DNA of 64,000 nucleotides from Syntrophales bacterium (GTDB lineage Bacteria; Desulfobacterota; Syntrophia; Syntrophales; PHBD01): NCBI GenBank assembly GCA_963668175.1, contig OY764159.1, positions 2,240,001 to 2,304,000 of the forward strand, read 5' to 3'. Shown piece by piece: positions 57,110 to 64,000 of this stretch (position 1 is its first letter; each line of letters starts with the position of its first letter). The notes under the pieces were generated by a model. It saw only the letters and a program-made list of their open reading frames with translations, ran no database searches and was not told where the DNA came from. The position numbers and the translations under genes were made by a program.

Positions 57110-58561
57110 TTGAGCGGCGGAGATTGCGGAGCGGAGGTTCGTGTGGTCCGGGAGAGCGGGTCGCTCAAAAAATACGCATTGCTGACGTCGGCTTCGGCGG
57201 CATTTCTGACGCCTTTCATGGGCAGCGCCGTCAACCTGGCGATCCCGTCCATCGGTCATGACTTTCAGGCCGGGGCGACGGTCTTAAGCTGGGTGGTCAG
57301 CAGCTTCATCCTGGCAACGGCCGCGCTGCTCCTGCCCTTCGGCAGGATGGCCGACATCGTGGGAAGGAGGAAGGTCTTCATCCTGGGGATGGCGGTCTTC
57401 TCCGCGTCTTCCTTCCTCTGCGCCGCCGCCTGGTCCATCGAGGCCCTGATCGCCCTGCGGTTCGTCCAGGGCATCGGCGGGGCGATGGTATTCGGCACAA
57501 GCATCGCCATTCTCACATCCGTCTATCCGCCGGAGGAGCGGGGCCGGGTGCTGGGGATCAGCGTTGCCTCGACCTACACGGGCCTGTCGGTCGGTCCCGT
57601 CCTGGGAGGCGTGCTCAACCATCAGCTCGGCTGGGCGTCCATCTTCTATTTCACGGGATTGCTGGCGGCGGCCACATTCGTCTTCGCCGCGGCCAGGCTG
57701 AAAGGCGAATGGGCCGAGGCGAAGGGCGAGCGCTTCGACCTGCGCGGGGCGGCCCTTTATATGATCGGCCTTTCGGCTTTCCTGTACGGGCTTTCGTCCA
57801 TCGCCACGTCGCCGTGGGCGAAATACGTCCTTGTTCTCGGCGTCGCGGTCCTCGCGGCCTTTGTCCGGCAGGAGTGGCGGGAAAGGCAGCCGATCCTGGA
57901 CCTGAAGCTCTTCCGGGGGAATATCGTATTTTTCTTTTCCAACCTGGCGGCGCTCATCAACTACTGCGCGACCTTCGCCGTCGGCTTTCTGCTTTCCATC
58001 CACCTCCAGGTCGTCATGGGCTTCGATTCCCAGACGGCGGGGCTGATCATGCTGTCGCAGCCGGTCCTCATGGCCGCCCTGTCCCCTTATGCCGGCAGGC
58101 TCTCGGACCGGGCCGAACCGCGGATCGTCGCCTCCGCCGGCATGTTCCTCTCGGCGATCGGCCTCTTGATGCTCGTCTTCCTGAGCGAGGAGACGCCCGT
58201 CTGGCGGATCGTCCTGGCCCTCGTCTTTTTGGGCGTCGGTTTTGCGTTCTTCGCGTCGCCCAATACGAACGCCATCATGGGCTCGGTGGAAAAGAAGTTC
58301 TACGGTGTGGCTTCGTCGACGCTGGGAACGATGAGGCTGATCGGGCAGGCCGTCAGCATCGCCTCGGCTTCGCTCATCGTGAACCTCTACATCGGGGATG
58401 CCAGGCTGGGTCCGGCCGTGGCGCACCTGGTGGAAAGGAGCATCGAGGTCTCCTTTTCGGTTTTCGCCGTTACGTGCTTTCTCGGGGTCTTCGCCTCTTA
58501 CGCCCGCGGGAGCGTCAACAATGCCGCCGGGGACAAAACGGCGGCGGGGAAGGGCCGCTGA
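57110..58561 (+). CDS. MFS drug:H+ antiporter-like transporter (14-TM type); start uncertain
   Basis: SAVNLAIPSI, GRMADIVGRR, RFVQGIG, GPVLGG. Confidence 0.9.
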   Translation: MSGGDCGAEVRVVRESGSLKKYALLTSASAAFLTPFMGSAVNLAIPSIGHDFQAGATVLSWVVSSFILATAALLLPFGRMADIVGRRKVFILGMAVFSASSFLCAAAWSIEALIALRFVQGIGGAMVFGTSIAILTSVYPPEERGRVLGISVASTYTGLSVGPVLGGVLNHQLGWASIFYFTGLLAAATFVFAAARLKGEWAEAKGERFDLRGAALYMIGLSAFLYGLSSIATSPWAKYVLVLGVAVLAAFVRQEWRERQPILDLKLFRGNIVFFFSNLAALINYCATFAVGFLLSIHLQVVMGFDSQTAGLIMLSQPVLMAALSPYAGRLSDRAEPRIVASAGMFLSAIGLLMLVFLSEETPVWRIVLALVFLGVGFAFFASPNTNAIMGSVEKKFYGVASSTLGTMRLIGQAVSIASASLIVNLYIGDARLGPAVAHLVERSIEVSFSVFAVTCFLGVFASYARGSVNNAAGDKTAAGKGR

Positions 58562-58663
58562 GGCAGAGGGTGCGCCCTCCGTTCCGTCTGAAACGGAACA
58601 ACCGACGGGAGAGCGGCAGCCGATGCGGTTCCTGCGGGCGCTGAATACGCAGGCGTTGGCGTA

Positions 58664-59719
58664 CTATTTCTTCAACTGCTTCTTCACCGATTTGATGAAG
58701 CGTCCGAAGTCCTTGTCCTTCTTTCGCTTGTCCAGATAAGACATCTCGTGGAAATCCGATTCTTTCTTCAGTTTGAGATAGCTTTCAAAGCGGTCGCGGT
58801 CCAGCTCGCCGCTTGCGACGGCGGCCCGGACGGCGCAGCCCGGTTCGCGCTCGTGGCTGCAGTCGGCGTAGCGGCAACGTGCGGAAAGGCCGACCAAATC
58901 TTCAAACTCGATGCCGACGCCTTCGCCCGCCGCGAGAAGGCCGAGTTCCCGCATGCCCGGCGTGTCGATGAGCATGGCGCCCTCGGCAAGAACGACAAGC
59001 TGGCGGCGCGACGTCGTGTGGGTGCCTTCCCCCGTTGCGCTCACGGCCTTCGTGCCGAAGGCTTCGCGGCCCAGGAGTCGATTGATCAGGGTCGTTTTTC
59101 CGACGCCGGAAGACCCGAGCAGGCAATAGGTCCTTCCGGGGCGGAGCGTCTGCCGGAACTCGTCGAAGCCGATGCCGCTCACGTTGCTCAAGGCGATCAC
59201 CCTTGCCCTGGCGACGGAACCGACGGCGGCCGTCTTCCGTTCCAGTTCGTCCGGGGAGATCAGATCGGTCTTCGTGAGCACGACGACCGGCTCCACGTGC
59301 CCGTCCATGGCCATGACGAGGTAGCGCTCCAGGCGCCGGGGATTGAAGTCGAAATGACACGACTGGACGATGAAGGCCGTGTCGATGTTGGCCGCGATGG
59401 GCTGGATGTCCACCCGGTCGCCCGCGGATTTGCGGCGCAGGAACGTTTTGCGCGGAAAGACGCCCTGGACGATGGCCGCCGTTCCACGGTCGTAATACCG
59501 CACCGCGACCCAGTCGCCGACGCAAGGCAGGTCGGCCGGGCTTTCAATCCGGTAGGAGAGCTTCCCCGCGAGTTCCGCCGGGACTTCCCCCGATTCGCTT
59601 CTTACGAGGTATCCGCCGCGGTCGACGGCCGAGACGCGCGCAATATCCGCACCCTCCTCGCGGATTGCATCGGTATGCGGCTCGAACCATGCGTCGAAAC
59701 CCAGGTCGCTTAACGTCAT
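58664..59719 (-). CDS. rsgA: Ribosome small-subunit-dependent GTPase A
   Basis: VGDWV, TKTD, GSSGVGKT, GTHTT, DTPGMRE, CRYADCSH..EPGC. Confidence 0.95.
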   Translation of the reverse strand: MTLSDLGFDAWFEPHTDAIREEGADIARVSAVDRGGYLVRSESGEVPAELAGKLSYRIESPADLPCVGDWVAVRYYDRGTAAIVQGVFPRKTFLRRKSAGDRVDIQPIAANIDTAFIVQSCHFDFNPRRLERYLVMAMDGHVEPVVVLTKTDLISPDELERKTAAVGSVARARVIALSNVSGIGFDEFRQTLRPGRTYCLLGSSGVGKTTLINRLLGREAFGTKAVSATGEGTHTTSRRQLVVLAEGAMLIDTPGMRELGLLAAGEGVGIEFEDLVGLSARCRYADCSHEREPGCAVRAAVASGELDRDRFESYLKLKKESDFHEMSYLDKRKKDKDFGRFIKSVKKQLKK

Positions 59720-60123
59720 CGCATCACCCAAATGTGGAAATAAACGAACGGCATCGTTTCCGAAAATGCACGGCGGAGGATACACCATTTGCGGCCGCAA
59801 GACAAACGGTTCGAGCATGCTTGTGCCGCTTTCGCCCGGAAATCGCGGCGAACGACGGAAAGGACGTTCAGGGACGCCGGAAGGAAACAGGCGAAAGGGT
59901 CTCCGGTTTTCCTGTACGCGGCGGGTCTATGGTCGTGAAGAGGCGGCACGCCGTTATCGGTCATCGCCGCGGCTGCATCGTCCGGGCGGGTATGGCCGGC
60001 GAGGTCTGTGCAAAGAAATGGCGATGCCGATACCGAAAGAATAGCTTATCATTATCTGTTAATTTTGATATATATCCTGCATCTTGAGCGCCAGGACGGA
60101 ACACATCCGGGGGGGGAATCGTT

Positions 60124-62136
60124 ATGCCTAAAAAAGATCTGAAGGATCTGGAAGCGAAGCTGATCGAGCTCTATGAAAAGCTGTTGCCGAAAAAGCCGGA
60201 GAAAAAAGGACCCGTCATAAGCAAGCCGACGGAGAGATACGCCCGGGGCGTCACGGTTAAATCCGGCAAGGACCGCGAAACGTGCGACGAAGAAGCGATT
60301 GTGTTTGTATGGCATGAAAAGGGCATTCTGAAGCCGTCGCAAATGAGATCCGGCCATGCGGCGATGAAGCTCAGCCGTTACAACGAGAAATACGACAAGA
60401 ACCAGCTTGTCAAGTACGTCAGCTGGTGGCCCGGCGGAGGCGCCGGTAAAGATACCAAGGAGCAGCCGGGTCTGCGGTCCGGAAGCACAAGGGACGACAG
60501 AAAAAGCGAAATGAACCGGGATTGGTATCTCAATACGCTGTTGAAGCTTCAGTTCATCAGGGCCGCGACGAAGCAGAAAGACGGTACGGACGATCCGCAG
60601 TTCTGGGAGCTTGCGGAAAACATCTGGAACAGGCTCACCAAGAAGTATCGTGACGAATTCAAGAAACGTTTCAAATGCGACGACGGTTTCTCCAATCTGG
60701 ACGGAATCGAAGCGCAAAAGAGGGAAGACCAGAAAATGGTTTACCAGGCGCCGACCGGTCAGGACGGAAACAAGGTCATGCCCTTCCTGGAGCATGTCGA
60801 TCTGGAAGGCCTGTCGCTCTTTATCCTGTTCAACAGGGCCAATCTGCAGGCCTTCACAAAGACGATCATCCTGAAACAGCCTTATGCCAAGATTTATGTT
60901 CCCTGCTCGTGCCTGCCCGAACGCCTCTATCCCCTGAACCTTTACCGGAGGCGTTGCCCGTGGGGGCTTTCGTTCGACGCCATGGATCTGAGGTTCCGCT
61001 GCTACGAGGAGGGATTTCACACATACAAAATGCAGTCCTTCGAGGACAATTGTATCGGGGCCGTCTGGGAGTGCCTGAAAAGCGGGCTGGCGGAAGTGAT
61101 CACCGACGAGTTCAAGCCGTCCAAAACGTTCGAAAGCAATCTGGCCCATTTTAAATCCCTGATACCGTCCGACGCCATCGATGCGTCGAAGGCGCTAGCG
61201 GACGAAATCGAACGCCTTAACAAGCAGCAGACGTACCTGGACCTGAGGGTATTGGAGCATAAGGAGCCGCTGGCTCAATTGGCGCTTGAGAATATGTGTT
61301 TCGAAGGAAATTGGCGCGACTACCTGCGTGAACCCAAGAAATGGCGCGAATTCAGTTCCGCTCAGGGACTGCGGCCGAGCGCGCTGCGCCCGATCGACGC
61401 GCTCGTGGACAAGTATGTCAACAACGAACGCCTACTGGGGAGGAGCGACAAGAACGACATACAGGACCTGCTGAAACTGGAGGCCGTATGGGAGACGCGC
61501 TGCGATTGCACCAATGGTTTCAGGAAACTCAAGGCGGTCAGAATAGACATCTATCAGGAAATGAAAATCATCGATGAGGCGTTCGGCAATATTCTTAAGA
61601 GACAAGGTCAGACCGGCAGGGGATTCGGCGCTTTCTCGCCGGACGACACCAATACGCTGAACGACCTGCGTCAGGAGCAGACCCTGAGAAACAAGCGCCT
61701 TGAGGAGTTGGAAACGCAACGGCAGGCCATTGAAAAGCAGGCGCCGTCGGCCCTGAAGGCCTGGGAACAGGAACTTGAGAGAAACGAAAAAATACGCCAA
61801 TCCCGGGCGCGGATTCTCGTGGACCTGCACGAAGCCGTCTTCACCTATGTGTTCAAACAGGGCGTATCTCCCGAGAAGCCCGACCGGAGGTACTTCGCCG
61901 TACTGCTTTTAGGGCAGTTCGTTTGCTGGATGTTTACGGAAGTCGCCCACGATAATCTGGCGGTGCGGTTCCACGGCTTCTCGGAAGAAGGGATCAGCTT
62001 TTTCACGGACGAAAAGGAGAAGCGCCTGGGGGACGCCTACCCCCACCTGAGGGTCAACAAGCGCTACACAACGGACGATACGCTCACGAAGGAATTCAAG
62101 GAAGATTACAAGAAGCGCGACCACTTCATCCTGTAA
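60124..62136 (+). CDS. Hypothetical 670-aa protein with possible permuted papain-like (H...C) domain and coiled coil
   Basis: GHAAMKL..YVSWWP followed later by Y.....NC...V..CL..G; coiled-coil C-terminal half. Confidence 0.7.
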   Translation: MPKKDLKDLEAKLIELYEKLLPKKPEKKGPVISKPTERYARGVTVKSGKDRETCDEEAIVFVWHEKGILKPSQMRSGHAAMKLSRYNEKYDKNQLVKYVSWWPGGGAGKDTKEQPGLRSGSTRDDRKSEMNRDWYLNTLLKLQFIRAATKQKDGTDDPQFWELAENIWNRLTKKYRDEFKKRFKCDDGFSNLDGIEAQKREDQKMVYQAPTGQDGNKVMPFLEHVDLEGLSLFILFNRANLQAFTKTIILKQPYAKIYVPCSCLPERLYPLNLYRRRCPWGLSFDAMDLRFRCYEEGFHTYKMQSFEDNCIGAVWECLKSGLAEVITDEFKPSKTFESNLAHFKSLIPSDAIDASKALADEIERLNKQQTYLDLRVLEHKEPLAQLALENMCFEGNWRDYLREPKKWREFSSAQGLRPSALRPIDALVDKYVNNERLLGRSDKNDIQDLLKLEAVWETRCDCTNGFRKLKAVRIDIYQEMKIIDEAFGNILKRQGQTGRGFGAFSPDDTNTLNDLRQEQTLRNKRLEELETQRQAIEKQAPSALKAWEQELERNEKIRQSRARILVDLHEAVFTYVFKQGVSPEKPDRRYFAVLLLGQFVCWMFTEVAHDNLAVRFHGFSEEGISFFTDEKEKRLGDAYPHLRVNKRYTTDDTLTKEFKEDYKKRDHFIL

Positions 62137-62347
62137 GCGTCCTGGGGCGATACCGGCCTTCCGCTTTACAGGCGGCGGACCCGCGCCCTCGCGGTGCGGC
62201 GCCGATTCTTCTTCCTCAAGGCAATAACATGAAAATGACGGATATTGTCGAGGATTTCTTTTGATAAGGGGCATTGCGGCTTTTACTGATTATTTCAGTC
62301 GGGAATCGACGAGCTTTTCAAAAGATTTATCACAATTCAAATAAACA

Positions 62348-62380
62348 TTGACATCATATCCAAATAAAAATAGATATAAC
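62348..62380 (+). promoter_or_regulatory. sigma70-type promoter
   Basis: TTGACA, 17-bp spacer, then TAGATA (TATAAC adjacent). Confidence 0.55.
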
Positions 62381-62405
62381 CGCAAATTTGCGAAAAGGAG
62401 GTTTT

Positions 62406-62456
62406 ATGTTGAAAATAGAAGCAAGGATGTTCCTGTTCAGGGGATATATTTTATAA
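62406..62456 (+). CDS. Putative leader peptide MLKIEARMFLFRGYIL
   Basis: Strong AAGGAGG RBS; 16 codons; downstream sequence complementary to its coding region. Confidence 0.65.
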   Translation: MLKIEARMFLFRGYIL

Positions 62457-62791
62457 ATTGGTTTTATCAAATCCAATCAAAAAATAATCCCGCCTGCAGA
62501 AGCAACCTTATATCTTCTTTTTGCTAAAATATTTTCAGCAAATGAGAAGCATACCCCTCTGTAAAGACAGAACAGGACATCCATCCATATTCAATCGTAA
62601 ATTGAAAATGGTTTCATCACGATCATGATTGAAAAGAAAAGTATCGGACAATAGAGTCGAGCCCGCCGTGACAAGACCTTTTTGCGGCAGCCGGGATGAA
62701 CGGTTCGAATTCGTCTCCGTTCGTTTTCGCCGTCTGCATCGCAGGTCGCAGCCGATTTTGTTGTCGGAACTTAATGAAAGGATATTGCGCC

Positions 62792-63553
62792 ATGAAGCAA
62801 TGGTATGAAGAGCTGTTCGAAAACTACGGAATGAAATACGACAACGAGTGCTACACCCAGGGCACCCTTGGCGAATGCGACTTTATCGAAAAAGAGATGG
62901 GTCATGACAAAGGCATGCGGATTCTGGATATTGGCTGCGGAACAGGCAGGCATACGATTGAATTGACCAGAAGAGGCTATACGGTCGTAGGGGTCGATCT
63001 TTCGGATTCGCAGTTGGAACAGGCAAGACGAAAGGCATCCCTGGATAATCTGCAGATCGACTTTCAAAAGCAGGATGCCAGAAATCTTCCCTTCCTGCAC
63101 GAATTCGATTTGGTCGTCATGTTGTGCGAAGGAGGATTCTCACTGATGGAGACCGACAAAATGAATTATCAGATTCTCCGGAATGCCTCCAGCGCCTTGA
63201 AGCAGAAAGGGAAACTGATATTCACCACCCTGAACGCCTTGTTCCCCCTGTTCCATTCCGTCAGAGATTTCCTCGATTCAAACGCAAAAGAAGGGAACTC
63301 GACTTGCGAGAGCATTTCATTCGATTTGATGACTTTCCGGGAATACAACATCGTCCATTTCGAAGACGATCTTGGAAATAATAAAGAACTCCATTGCAAC
63401 GAAAGGTATTATACGCCTTCGGAAATAACCTGGTTGCTGGAGAGCCTTGATTTCGATGTCATCGATATTTTCGGTGCGAAGCTTGGTGCTTTCAGCCGGA
63501 AGGACGAGTTATCGACGGAAGATTTTGAAATGCTGGTCATTGCGGAAAAATGA
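62792..63553 (+). CDS. Class I SAM-dependent methyltransferase
   Basis: ILDIGCGTGRH, GVDLS, DAR, MLCEGGF; start MKQWY. Confidence 0.9.
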   Translation: MKQWYEELFENYGMKYDNECYTQGTLGECDFIEKEMGHDKGMRILDIGCGTGRHTIELTRRGYTVVGVDLSDSQLEQARRKASLDNLQIDFQKQDARNLPFLHEFDLVVMLCEGGFSLMETDKMNYQILRNASSALKQKGKLIFTTLNALFPLFHSVRDFLDSNAKEGNSTCESISFDLMTFREYNIVHFEDDLGNNKELHCNERYYTPSEITWLLESLDFDVIDIFGAKLGAFSRKDELSTEDFEMLVIAEK

Positions 63554-63580
63554 GTGTGAAACGCTGAACCGGTGTTTGAC

Positions 63581-63612
63581 CCGGTAGCGGCCCGGCAGGG
63601 CCGCTATCGGGC
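63581..63612. terminator. Hairpin / possible terminator between convergent genes
   Basis: CGGTAGCGGCCC-GGCA-GGGCCGCTATCG. Confidence 0.55.
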
Positions 63613-63748
63613 CGTTTCCCGTTCCGCTTTTAAGTGGTGATTCACACGTGAAGTGTTTGCAACGTCGTTTGCCGGTCGATGAAGTCCTCGGCGAAGCCGT
63701 CGATCCGGCCGTGTCCGTCGAATCTTGCCCGGGGGGATCGGTGGACGT

Positions 63749-64000
63749 TTATATGCCGATCTCTTCAAAGACAAAATCCCGGGAGGATTTGAACAGGACC
63801 AGAAAGACGAACACCATGAGCGGCGTCAGCGGCGTAACGATCCCGAGGGGCAGCCTGAAATAATGCCCGATGATCCCGCACGCGCCCCCCATGGCCGCGC
63901 ACGTAATAACCTTCGCCAGCCTGAATTTTAAAAACACCCGATACGTTTTCGCCGGTTTTCCGTTCACGAACAGGGCGCACGCCATGTTGCCCAAGGTCAG
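63749..64000 (-). CDS. 3' part of a membrane protein running off the window
   Basis: Open frame to the window edge with two hydrophobic segments. Confidence 0.4.
   Translation of the reverse strand: MTLGNMACALFVNGKPAKTYRVFLKFRLAKVITCAAMGGACGIIGHYFRLPLGIVTPLTPLMVFVFLVLFKSSRDFVFEEIGI

Overview
This is a GC-rich bacterial chromosomal segment, probably from an anaerobic Desulfobacterota / deltaproteobacterium, possibly Syntrophales-like. That placement is inferred from the sigma54-driven type IVa pilin, the PEP-CTERM proteins and the general gene content. About 55 CDSs can be supported: housekeeping and metabolic genes (rsgA, nudC, cyclophilin, GlcD-like oxidase, DegT aminotransferase, nucleotide-sugar dehydrogenase) mixed with accessory islands. 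The islands are an AT-rich metallophosphoesterase-STAND NTPase gene, a vsr-dcm-endonuclease restriction-modification island, an S8 protease + MBL-fold pair, and a Phd-RelE toxin-antitoxin module between duplicated small genes. The most unusual items are: (1) a four-gene cluster of papain-like C1 protease, GH19 hydrolase, transglutaminase/HET-C-like fusion and an IPT-repeat membrane protein with a holin-like tail; (2) a UbiD decarboxylase with a Sec-type signal peptide, divergent from lpdD-ubiX-MFS, suggesting a periplasmic prFMN system; (3) a 16-codon leader peptide with attenuator-like pairing ahead of a methyltransferase; (4) two recombinase-free cargo insertions flanked by diverged gene duplications; (5) a MITE-like repeat carrying CCCC..GGGG mini-palindrome insertions. 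I found no rRNA, tRNA, CRISPR array, integrase or intact transposase. All calls come from motif recognition by eye; no database searches were run.
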